From NCBI GenBank assembly GCA_964247055.1, contig OZ176055.1, positions 6,014,001 to 6,078,000 on the forward strand: DNA of 64,000 bases, read 5' to 3'. The notes under the pieces are model-generated. The model ran no database searches and had not been told where the DNA came from. It was given only the letters and a program-made list of their open reading frames with translations. Shown here one piece after another: positions 40,101 through 50,586 of the stretch (the stretch's first letter is position 1; each line of letters starts with the position of its first letter). The position numbers were made by a program, and so were the translations under genes. Source of the stretch: Paragordius varius (taxonomy: Eukaryota; Animalia; Nematomorpha).

Positions 40101-41079
40101 CAATTTTTTAACGTATTAGAGAATAATGATACATCTCAAACTTTGACAAATGGGGATCTTGGTGACGATCACACGCTTAGCCAAAACACTATTTCAATGC
40201 CACATGAATCTCCACAATTAACGCATACATCTAGTCAAATAACATGCCCATCGCTAAAACCCACCGAAACAAATTCAATTATTAATTCTGCGGCGGCCAC
40301 TACTCAACTTTGCTATGATGTAAATCATAAACCTCTAATTACTAACAATACCTCAGTAGCTCTACAAACAAAAAATAAAAGCAACGCTACTACAAACAAT
40401 GGAATAGAACAGAATCAAAATGAAGTTGTACTCATAGAGCGTTCCGAGGTTGTCCCAAACACAAAATTGGATAACACCGAGTTAATGATCAATTCTACCA
40501 ATATATCCGCATCCAATGATTCAAAACAACCCTTATCAACACCAAATAACACAAATTTACCTCCTGACAATGCGTCACGCGCCTTTGGACCCTCTGAAGG
40601 TATATTATCGTTAAACGGTCAAATTTACGTAAAAAATGAAAATATACCGACAAAATATAAAAACAAAAAGACAAAATATTTTTTCAAACCTTATTTTTTT
40701 CTTTAAATGTACTTTTTAATGATAATTTTGAAATACATAATTGAGAAACTTATCAATTTACATCTATCTTACAATTTTGTAACACCAAACGATGACTTAC
40801 TTATATTTATAAAAATTGAAAAATTATTTGTCTTATGTTTTTACATTTTGTCTGTATAATGCCAATTTTCATTGTAAGGTTTTATTTCCATTAATTATCC
40901 TTTTGTGGGATAATTAACGGTTCGAAAATTACAAATTAATTTCTTTCATTGTAGAATCAGTTGATCCAATCCCAGTCAAAATAGCGACACCTCTGCCCTT
41001 TGTTATTGAAACTATTGAGGAGGAGGAAACACTTTGTAAGGAAGAATATGTGGAATACAAAATTGTTAATTCATGTTAA
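16298..41079 (+). CDS. RhoGEF2: PDZ-RGS-C1-DH-PH Rho guanine nucleotide exchange factor (RhoGEF2/ARHGEF11/12 type), 37 exons, ~2588 aa
   Basis: Exons: 16298-16326 (first exon uncertain), 16348-16412, 16497-16598, 16623-16672, 16745-16802, 22406-23130, 24671-24757, 24846-25007, 25109-25169, 25418-25569, 26083-26196, 26520-26733, 27000-27085, 27232-27336, 27424-27565, 27657-27782, 27899-28127, 28225-29048, 29452-29706, 30200-30735, 31117-31169, 31261-31347, 31438-31514, 33078-33404, 34648-34794, 34877-34956, 35270-35556, 35928-36231, 36674-36851, 36986-37073, 37413-37627, 37849-38083, 38581-39065, 39269-39605, 39883-40022, 40120-40599, 40955-41079. All introns are GT-AG, phases match at every junction, and the total is 7767 nt, in frame. 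Confidence 0.92.
16497..22440 (+). other. PDZ domain of the RhoGEF, split over four exons
   Basis: Spliced: LPRCLIIRKDHKGYGLTVSGDNPVYVQSVRK|DGAADKAGVREGDKIIK|VNGKLVTHANHVEVVRLIK|ASSYVALTVLG, closely matching the ARHGEF11/12 PDZ. Confidence 0.95.
19497..19736. mobile_element. hAT (Buster/Charlie-like) MITE in a RhoGEF intron
   Basis: CAGGGGTGTCCAACAC left end; degenerate right end GGGCCGCACGAAATCTCCCTTG. Perfect 8-bp TSD ATTTAGAT at 19489-19496 and 19737-19744. Confidence 0.8.
23194..23539. mobile_element. CCATTTAC-family MITE (copy B)
   Basis: TATA|CCATTTACAGTTCG ... GAATTGTAAATGG|TATA, with inverted subterminal arrays of ~21-bp GAACAATTCAAATTCACCCT(C/T). Confidence 0.85.
23731..24122. mobile_element. 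CCATTTAC-family MITE (copy C)
   Basis: TATA|CCATTTACAGTTC ... GAATTGAAAATGG|CATA. Same subterminal 21-bp arrays and internal core as copy B. Confidence 0.85.
25824..25880 (+). mobile_element. hAT MITE left-end fragment
   Basis: AGGGGTGTCCAATACCAATGGCTTCGCG..GCATTT matches the ends at 19497, 44236 and 48324. Confidence 0.6.
27232..28270 (+). other. RGS-homology (rgRGS) domain exons of the RhoGEF
   Basis: GPFATFERLKASPAHLAIFLNYL...WAYEIHSSFIVPNAMLKI...LSDFRLKRQLGLSSIYG, preceded by the acidic LEEEDEDE exon. Confidence 0.9.
28135..28167. repeat. (TA)n microsatellite; similar tracts at ~14697, 24765, 27620, 50563, 52927
   Basis: Directly visible TA dinucleotide runs. Confidence 0.9.
28949..29510 (+). 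other. C1 (phorbol-ester/DAG-type zinc finger) domain of the RhoGEF
   Basis: GHTLTPCQYIRLTFCDRCHTILQGLRHQGYQCL|DCQYNVHHTCIDDIDEYC has the full HX12CX2C...CX2CX4HX2CX7C ligand set. Confidence 0.92.
33380..37460 (+). other. DH and PH domain exons of the RhoGEF
   Basis: RQDVIN|ELFHTERNHVRNLKIL; CRRLHLKDLVPCEIQRLTKYPLL; VNEAVRDNENHQRL; LVMEGALTWR; SPVIKLNNVL..VAT|DKRAFFVV; LYELVASTSNERK|WLTRI. Confidence 0.95.
39656..39740 (+). repeat. Possible degenerate tRNA-derived SINE head interrupted by (TG)n
   Basis: GGGAGGCGTGATGGTATTGT (A-box-like) ... GTTTAAACCCCG (B-box-like), with a (TG)n run between. No cloverleaf can be built. Confidence 0.25.
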
Positions 41080-44000
41080 TAATGCATGCATGGACCTTTA
41101 AGATAAAATTATACAAACGATTTATTTCAATAATGTTTGTCAGAGTACCTTATGGGCCTCGTATTGGATTTTTTTCGGCCTATCCTTCCTACCATATATG
41201 CATTTGTAAATCATTCATTCTAATTATATGCGCGACTATATATACATACACACACACACACATAATATATAAATTGTTGATTATGTGTATGTTTAATTTA
41301 ACCATTATTATGAGAAGCATTTGCAATTATATCCATCTATCTATCTCTCTATATTTCATTAACACTTCTTTATAAATTGTTCATTATTGGATTTGTGTCC
41401 CATTCAATAATAATAATATAACTTAATTAATTAATTTATTGATGTATGATAAAAGTTATAAAAAAAATAATTTAACTCTCACTCTACCCATCCAACAAAC
41501 CACTTATACATATTATTATTATATTATTAATTAATTAATATAATATTTATGCTACAAGCAATAAATATTTTCTTGATAAACTTTATTTTTATCATATCTA
41601 ATGTTGAAGGTTGAATCTTCTTGCCAGGATTTAGTTATGACATGACAAGGTTTTAAGAATTTGGATTCGTAAAAATTTTGTAATTTTTACAATAATTGCG
41701 TTATCCGATAAATTTTTCCTATGTCTTTCCAATATCTTTAAAGGATTAATTTAGATAATCCTCTTAGAGTTTTCTTTAGACAAGTTCATAAAACAAAAAA
41801 TATTGGATTGTTGTTGTATTTGAAGCTGATGTGATTAGATCTCTCTCTATGGTAAGAGATTGGATTATTCTGGATTTTTTTTAAAAAAAATAATAAGATT
41901 AAAACTATTTGACCGTGTAATTGCGTATTAAGAGAAAGTCCTTTTTTTCAAAACTTAAAATTATGATGTCCATATCTTAGAAACAGCAATCATTAAATTA
42001 TATTTTGCATTTGAATATAGATGGATACGAATTTTTGTATGGATCAAATCTGCAAAGTCAAAAATTATCATAATATTTATACGAGATATCATATTTTAGA
42101 TATTTTTCCCATCCAATCAAATTGGTATTAACTCAAAATATGGATTAGATAAAATTAAAATGTTTTATAGTATAAAAAATTTAAACTCTTTCACATGAAA
42201 TTAGGGCAATGTAAAAAATTTTCTAAATAGAGTCAATCGGGTCGCTTTAACATATTCATATAAAACCCCAAACAAAACGCCTAATGTCACCCAAAATACA
42301 GTATCGAGAGCCATTATATAAGTCATTTCGGTTTATTATTACATGTTTTCTAACATGTATGAAATAATTGATTGTTTAAATTTACCGAATTTTTAAAATG
42401 CACATTACAATTTTTTTACATCAATGAATTACTATCGAATCAACAAATCCTTATTACTACTGAGAAATCATGTGCCTCAATATGAAAATCTAAGTTGTAT
42501 ATAATTTATTTTTTAGGTAGAGCATGAAATTTAAAAATACTTGGCTGCCTTTAAAACAAATGATAAACAGCATTTAACATTACTTGCTTTACTCATATTC
42601 CATACATAATTTTGTCCAACTTTTTCACACATTTACAAATTTATATTGTTTAAAGTTAAGGTATAAATAATGTTTTAATAGAGGTGTGAGAAAATTAAAT
42701 AATTTGCACATTTATCATGCTATCATAATTTGTCAGGCATGAAATAATTGATTTGTAAATTTAAATATTTAATTTTCTCATATAGAAGGACAAAATTATA
42801 TATATAACTATTATCGTGTAAAATGAAGTAATAAATATTAGATATAATAAAAGGAGTCGTAAATCTATTTTATACATGTAAAATTAAGTCCAAAACAAAA
42901 AATTGCTATATAATCTTTAATATTAAATAATATTTTACTATAAATGCTAAAGTTAATTTAAATTGACACCAAACAATCCAATTAATCATAATAATAAAAA
43001 CAAATTACTTTAGAAAAAAATTATTAAGGTTTTATTTTAATTTGTTTTACACACATTTACATAAATGAAATATAAAAATTATTAAAAATTTATTACATAT
43101 ACTATGCATAAATAGAGTTAATGAAGATTTATATTATCTTTATTTGAATCTTAAAGATAACCTCTACACCTCAACTAATATTTTCAGCATTGTAATTTCA
43201 GTAAACAATGTACTCTTTTATTTGGCGGTTATAGTGGTAAAATCTTTTTAATTTTCCAAAAAAATGTAATTACTTTACAAAATAAAAACTGTCCTTTAGT
43301 ACTTTTTGACCTCTCTCATGAAGACAATTATTGAATGTCCTTTAACGCAGCACACACCTGGTTTCCAAATTTTGAGATAATTATATACTATGACAAATTG
43401 GATTAGATATAAAAGTGTATGTGTGTCTGTGTGTTAAAAAATACGCGCTTTCCTTAATTTAATGGATTTGGATTTTTTGGATTTTTATACCAATTATTTA
43501 TTTGATGAATTCTACCTTTTTCCCGCATAGCAGTTTAATGAAAATAGTCTTTATGTGTAGGTCTGTAAACACTTTGCTAAAAGAGCGGTATATACAGAAA
43601 AAAATAAACGCCAAAAAGCAATCTATAATAATTACAGGTCACCGCCTGTGTAGGTGCAAATTAATTTCTAGATTGGAAAAAATATTTTTTGCCATAATCA
43701 CAAATGAAATTGTAAAAAAAACTATAGTTTATTAATAAAAAATACATTTTCCCATAAAAAAATTTATCTTTAAGATTATCTCGCTTAGTTTTGCAATATT
43801 CTCCAAAATTATATTGATTATTTGTTTAGATTCGATAATACCAATAATATTAAAAAGTCATATTTTAACATAAAACTGGGACCCAGAGAATTTACAGGGG
43901 GTTTCTAACAATTAGCCTTTTTTAAATTTTTGCCTTCAGTAGTTTTGTTGTAAGAACCCCATCTAATATATTTTTTACACTTAGATAAAACATTTTTGAA

Positions 44001-44235
44001 TTATGGTTGAAGTCAATCTAGAGAGCGCTTGACATTCCAACGAATTTTATAAATGCACCACACGGTCTTGAAAAATTTAATAGCGACTTTTACATACACA
44101 ACTATATATACCTTTTTTTTCAGCCAAGCTTAACATTTTTAATCAATCAACATCTTTTTAATTAAAACTTCATTCAAACTCAACAATTATTTTTAACTAA
44201 TTAAAGCTTTAAAAAATATTTTTAAGCATTTAAAT

Positions 44236-44310
44236 CAGGGGCGTCCAACACAAATGGCTTCGCATGCCGCATTGGAAAAAAATATAACAGATGGGCATTA
44301 TATGGCGTTA
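44236..44310 (+). mobile_element. hAT MITE left-end fragment
   Basis: ATTTAAAT|CAGGGGCGTCCAACACAAATGGCTTCGCATGCCGCATT; the preceding 8-mer fits nnnTAnnn. Confidence 0.65.
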
Positions 44311-44799
44311 AAAAAACTTACGAGCCCGATATATATCTGCCAATATTTTATTTTTGTTTATTTCTTTGGCAAATTTGGAAAAATATATACAGATTTGCCG
44401 ACATTTTTAAAATCAAAATTTTATAAAGATTATGGAATGATAACATAGATAAATCTTAAAGATCTCATAGACTTTGCGATTCCAATTCAAGGGTATTATA
44501 TGGTTTATATATTTAGAGTAAAAATAGAAATTATACGTCAAAACGTAAAATTTAAAGACAAATATTTTTTTAAAAAAACAACCATACTTAAATCTTATTT
44601 TTTTTAAGTATGACGCATTTATTATAATACCAGGTATGAAATAGATATGTATATTGGTAATCAATTTTATATTAAGTAGCAAGTAAATTTATATAAAAAT
44701 TAAGGTTTAAAAAGTATGGTTGTATTTGAAAGAAAAAATAATTATCTTTATATATTTTTACGTTTTGTCCGTATAATTTCAATAATTACTGTAACTATA

Positions 44800-45095
44800 C
44801 CATTTACAGTTCGAATTCACCATTGAGCAATTCAAATTCACCCTCGAACTATTTAAATTCACCCTAAAATAAATAATGTTTTTTAAGATTAAAAATTACC
44901 TTTTTTTTAGATTTATAATATATAAAATTCTGTTTAAAATTAATATAACGCTGAAAAAATAAACTATGTAGTAAAAATCTATTTCGTATTAATGATGAGT
45001 TATATTAGCCCTAAAACACATAATTTATTTTTAGGGTGAATTTGAATTGTTCGAGGGCGAATTTAAATTGTTCAAGGATGTTGAATTATAAATGG
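44800..45095. mobile_element. CCATTTAC-family MITE (copy D)
   Basis: TATA|CCATTTACAGTTCGAATTCACC ... TTGAATTATAAATGG|TATA, with the same core (ATTAATGATGAG..ATTAGCCC.AAAACACATAATTT). Confidence 0.85.
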
Positions 45096-46574
45096 TATAA
45101 AATAATTTAAGAATTTAATAAATAAACAATAAATTACACCGGATTATACAAGTTAATCAAACCGTTGAGATGCTCAAAAATATTTTTTTAATCAAGCGTT
45201 TATTTAAGGTGTATAATGTGAATGAAATGTTGAGAGTTGATTTGGATGGGGAAAATATTGAGTTTAATTGGAAAAATGTTGAGTTTTAAAAAAGGTATAT
45301 CATATGGCAAAAGTGAAAAAATGGCATCCCCATTACAGCAATCACATTAATTGCTAGGTTTGCATAAAAGTCATAAACGCTGACTAACTTTAATAATATA
45401 TAGAATTAGAAGAACTTTGAATTTTACCAATTTAATTAACATAATTGAGATGATATTATTGATTATAATTAAAATATCAGAACAAAACAAGACTTGAAAT
45501 GCTATAATTTTTGGGATTGCGTTATTGGGATAAGTTATGTAGGCCCCATGACTGACTCTCATAGAGAGTGAGTAAGCAATTTACATTTAAGTTTCCAGGT
45601 TACGCATCACTTAGAAAGCAATAAAAAAAAACTAGTTATAACCAATTTTCTGAAAACCACAAAATTTGAATTCAACAAACATTAAAAGTAATTATGTTTG
45701 CGTTAAATAGTCTAGCATTTTTTTGAATTCATTGGTTATTCCCCATATCATGGAATCAAATATTTTCAATCTAAAAACGCCCAAATGCCCAATCTCTATA
45801 AAGTTAGATGTAAACTGCTGCTCATTCAAACACATAAAGAATATGAAATTTCAATCAAACTATACTTATATAGGCGAAAACAGGTTAAATAATTTTATGC
45901 GAATTAGAGTGTTGACTAACACTAGTTTATCTGCGCTACGGCTCGATTGGCAAGCTGTGTGAGCACCGTATAACACACGGTCATAGCCCAGATTTATATC
46001 TAAGATCAACTTAGTTTACAAAGTACTTGTATTACCATTTTCGTATATTTTTTGATTATCTATATTAATCAAATTATATAAGTGAAAGTTATTATTTTTT
46101 TCAATTCAATTTCTCAATATCGCCTAAATGATAACAAAATAGATTAACATTTACCCTTTTAAGTTCGAATAAATTCTATTTCCAAAAACATATTCCCAAG
46201 ACATGAGCCTTCTCTTTTTGTTGGGCTTTCTCTATGGTACAATTTTATGATGCAAATTAGTTGATAACATCTATAGATCTGTTAATCATGAACTTTGAAT
46301 TCGTTTGACAAAAATATTCTTTTGAATAATGTGATGAGTTTAGATGGCTTTTATTTATAATGCAGTGTCGCTATATAGGCTCAAATTAAAATCGATATCC
46401 AAAAACGGTTGGTTGTTGAATAAATCCCAAGTTGCAAAAATATAATCATTAATACTCCATTACTTTTTAGGGTAGTTTTATATCCTGTGATTTGAAATTA
46501 GAATATCTTAAAAAATATTAAGATATAACGCCGAATATAAAAATATATCTCGCAAAATATAAATATCATCAGTA

Positions 46575-46900
46575 CATACTTTTTTGCCGCTTTTTTTCCA
46601 TATATTTTTTAAATCGCTAATGCAACAGGCAAAAAATGTATTTTATGGTTATAATTAACTTAAGAAGCTTTCAGACTACATTTTACCAACAAAACTTAAT
46701 ATATTTTGATTTTAATATCAGCTGTTCGTTCCAATGGTGTTTTGGAGCTGTTCAATTTTAGACTCTAGAAGTCACAAAAATGTAATAAACACATCTAATC
46801 GATGAGTTTGATAATTAAATTTTAGGTAAAATAACTTTCAAACCTGTAGTTTATTTACAAATTGAGCTCTGGGATATAAAATTAACCCCAAATTTAAACT
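46575..46900 (+). repeat. Dispersed repeat; other copies at ~54095-54400 and partially ~14100-14250
   Basis: Shared blocks TTTGCCGC.TTTTT, AAATCGCTAATGCAACAGGCAAA, GATTTTAATATCAGCTGTT, TTTGGAGCTGT, ATTGAGCTCT.GGATATAAAA. Confidence 0.75.
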
Positions 46901-47066
46901 AGGACAAAAAAGTGACAAGGTAATGAAGTTATCAATAATTGTCATTGAAGTAACCACAAAATTTATGATAATAATTTAAAATTTATTTACACATATTGGC
47001 TAATACATATAAGTATAAGATATTAGTGTTTATTGCAATATACACACACATGTGGATATAGGGTGC

Positions 47067-49752
47067 TTATTGAAATATAATATTTCCATCCGTAGGTATG
47101 ATGTCTAAGCATGAAGGACCATGTTGTTTAAATATGCTTTCAGGGGCGTTATCATCACATGCAGTAAAATTAAATTGGGTGTACGAGTCCCAACCTGACT
47201 TCATTTCGGAATTCATCCAATGCGGGGAATGTCGATACATGGTACTACCATATCTATTGAGCATAAATCGTCCGGGGTTTGGGCTTGATTTGGCCCAAGT
47301 CATAATATCACCCGTTTTTAAGGGTACTAAGGAATAAGATTTCTTTGTCTTTTTTGTTTTAAATTTTTGATGATAAGACATTTTATGTTGCCCAAAAATT
47401 TCAATATGCTGTCCGAAACCCTGGAGAATGTATTTACCTCCTGCTAAAACACCATCCCTACAACACCAAGGTTTAGCGGCCTGATAAAATTCATAGCCCA
47501 TGGCGTGAAGTTTGACGGAGAGCGCAGCAATTTTCCTAGTTTGTGAGGATAAATAAGCTATATCCGCATCCCTGTCCCAAGGTAGAATTTGACTCATTTT
47601 GACGCTTCCTAGAAGGGTGCCCTCTTGCAATTCATAAGCCACGCCAGCTTTGTTTAACATGTTAAGTAAAGTGGTGAGCATAGTGTTAAACCTAAGTCTA
47701 CAACATGGACCTACAATACGGTTTAAGTCTCGTTTGTTGCAATCAATAGCTAAATCTTTCGACCGGCGTGTCATCAAATTATTAGGGTAAACGGGACAAG
47801 GGACGGTATAACTGAGAGTTTGATCCATTACATTTAAGGTATATTTTTCCAAACCGAATGCGTGCAAAAACTTTTTATATATTTGCAGATTTGTTTCAGT
47901 TTTTATGTTCGGAAAATTGGTAACCATAAACATTTGGTCAGGACATACTCCAATTTTAAATGGTTTCAAACTTTTGTAAAATTTGAGATGAAGATAATCA
48001 AATAAAAGGGTTGGATCTTTGATATGATCTAAAAGCGATAATATAAATATCAAAAATTTATTCTATAAAGACAAAACATAAAAACTGAAAGACAAATATT
48101 TTTTACAAAGACAGCCAAATTTTTTAAAACCTTGAATACTATATAATAGTTATATTTTGAAATGTGTGACCAATTGGTACTAATTTCTCTATTTCTTATT
48201 TTGAAAATAACCAAAACGATAAGTAATTAAAAAATTAAAGTTGATAATATATGGTTATCTATATGATGAAAATATTTGTCTATTAATGTTTTAAAAAATT
48301 ATATTTTTACTGTATATAATATTGAAAAGTGTCCAACACAAATGGCTTTGCGTGCCGCATTTGTAACTCGAAAAAGCCGGACAGATGGGGATCATAATTA
48401 TTTATTTCATACATACGACTGTAAATGCAAACAATATAACAATTTTTATAGTTTGTTGCTAATCTAATATCCTTAAACAGAAAATTTTTTACAGTTTTCT
48501 TGAAATTTTATTGGCATATTTTTGCAATTATAGAGTCCAAATTTTTCCTGAGCTGCAGGTTAGACCCCTCACCCTGATCTAGAATTAAGTAATAATATTT
48601 ACCCAACTCCGCAAAAATAGAAGTCCTCATCAAAATTGGACCGAAGGCATAATCACATATCAAACATTCATTCTTTGAATGAGCATATCCTTGTTGTAGC
48701 GTCCAAACTGAGTCCCAAATTTTTGATTGAAAACAATTCATATACCATTTATGAGTGTTAGCATCCTTTAAGGATCCAAAAACAGCATCAAATTTGTTAA
48801 GCAACGCATAATGCAATAAATGTGTTAAATTAAAATGTGTTTGGTCGAATACTAAATCCTGTTCATGTATGTAAAAGGCGTAAGGTAATTCCATTAGTTT
48901 TTGTGGTAAAAATTTTGATTTTATCCAAGTGGGATCTGTATTCCCAGTCGAATTTTGAGTTAATGAGTATATATGAGTGGACGTTAATATAGATATATGT
49001 TTAAACGGTAAATTAACTAAAAATGCACTGAGAAAATTTAAAGTTTTGGAGTTCGAATCATTCACATTAGTTTGATTTTCCGCCACAATAAATAACGATA
49101 CGAGAGAATATAGGTGACTTTGAAACGGACAGTTATGTAGATGTGGTCCATCGTTAAAAAATGGATAATTTTGAGAGGCAATTTTATAAGCTATTTGATT
49201 GCACGGTTGTAAAAATTTAGTCGATAACTGATTAGCTCTTGGGATATATGTGGGGTTGATGTTTTCTTTGATTTGAAATGAGATCCATTCATATTCTTTT
49301 GTTTTAGCCATTTTAATTGAAACTTTGTGCCCATACCGATACACGTAATGGGAAAAGGTCTCTTTTAGCAATACTAGTTGCAAGTGGTAAACGGTTTTTA
49401 TCAAATAATATAAAACATTGCGACATATAGGATCCCTCAACCCGGACCCATTTGCCGAATTGTTCAAACTATTATTCGGATGACAATAAATTAGTCTTTG
49501 TAGCAAATCGAATGCTAAAATATGGATTTTTTCAACGGGTTTCATGTAATAATGATTTGGTGTGTTTGAATTAATATTTTCAGGAAGCAGGATTAGTAAA
49601 TGTTTAGCAGAGGGTTTATGTGCTATCCATTTAGAGGAATATTCCACATCAAGTAGTGAATAGGATGAAATATATAGGAGAAATGAAACGGTGGAAAAGC
49701 AAATTCCAAAACCTAGGCAACAAACACGCAAACTTGACATGTTATTCTTCAT
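47067..49752 (-). CDS. FKRP: Fukutin-related protein (FKRP)-like LicD-family nucleotidyl/phosphotransferase, type II membrane, 2 exons, 703 aa
   Basis: Exon 49752-48603 has an N-terminal TM anchor (VCCLGFGICFSTVSFLLYI) and a stem with CFQSKIWDSVWTL...CLICDYAFGPILMRT. A phase-1 GT-AG intron (48602-48029) joins exon 48028-47067, which has the LicD motif YELQEGTLLGSVKMSQILPWDRDADI. Total 2112 nt. Orthology to vertebrate FKRP, versus an invertebrate paralogue, is not established. Confidence 0.85.
48324..48430 (+). mobile_element. hAT MITE left-end fragment in the FKRP intron
   Basis: GTGTCCAACACAAATGGCTTTGCGTGCCGCATTTGTAA; an inverted sister copy lies at 50915-50957. Confidence 0.65.
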
Positions 49753-50555
49753 ATAAAAGTTTAATTAGTTAATTTGTCGCGATCTTCTTTCTACCTAACC
49801 AAAAGATTAAAAAAATGTATTAGAGAGATAAAATATTTAAAAATGTCATACAATAGATATATATAAATTAAAGGATCAGACATATCTCGGTAAAATAAAA
49901 TAATTAAACTCTTTTAGTTAGTAAGCTAAAGTGAATTAGGCGCATGAAACATTTTTTTATTTCTAAAATAAAGAATAATCTTTTTATATTTTCTTTTTCT
50001 CAGAAAAAGTATATTTTTGATCTAATATTTCCGATACGTGTGATAATAAAAAATAAAACTATAAGAGACAATGTGCCTTAGCTCTTAATTTTCTACATAC
50101 TATTATTTATATTTGTCCGAGTTTGTCCAATATCAGGATATTGAGGTTGGTTTTTTTAATAAATTTGGCGTTTTGTAAGTTTATATCTTACAAATACAAA
50201 TAATTTTAAGCAATTTTTAATGGTAAAAAATTTTTACCCACCTAACCACCGCCAATCCACAAACCTATTAATTTATTGAGCTTTTCTCTGTAATTGTAAC
50301 TTTTATATAGGATAGCTTTTAGATAACTAACTAACTAACCAGGTTATGGACGTTCAAAAGTTATCCTGTTTTGAAAATATAAATACAAATAGTTATAGAG
50401 AAAATAAATTACATATTGTTCATTTAATGAATTGTTGCTATCTGTTTTTCTGTATAAATCTATATAATATTGTAAAATGAAATTAATATGTATTGCATGT
50501 AAGCCTTATACTTTTACTTAATCAAATTCCAATAAATCAAATTAAATCACACTTG

Positions 50556-50586
<31 letters not shown>

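Noticed and set aside
43502-43735. Cys/Lys-rich ORF, considered as a transposase Cys-rich tail
   Set aside because: No complete Cys/His pattern or adjacent transposase sequence could be recognised.
22698-47337. Antisense ORFs overlapping real exons (22698, 28468, 30180, 33229, 35326, 47098)
   Set aside because: These are shadow frames of the RhoGEF and FKRP coding exons.
48508-48602. C-terminal end of the 414-aa ORF (KYYYLILDQGEGSNLQL...)
   Set aside because: This is intron read-through past the donor at 48602 and includes a hAT-like end. The real CDS continues at 48028.
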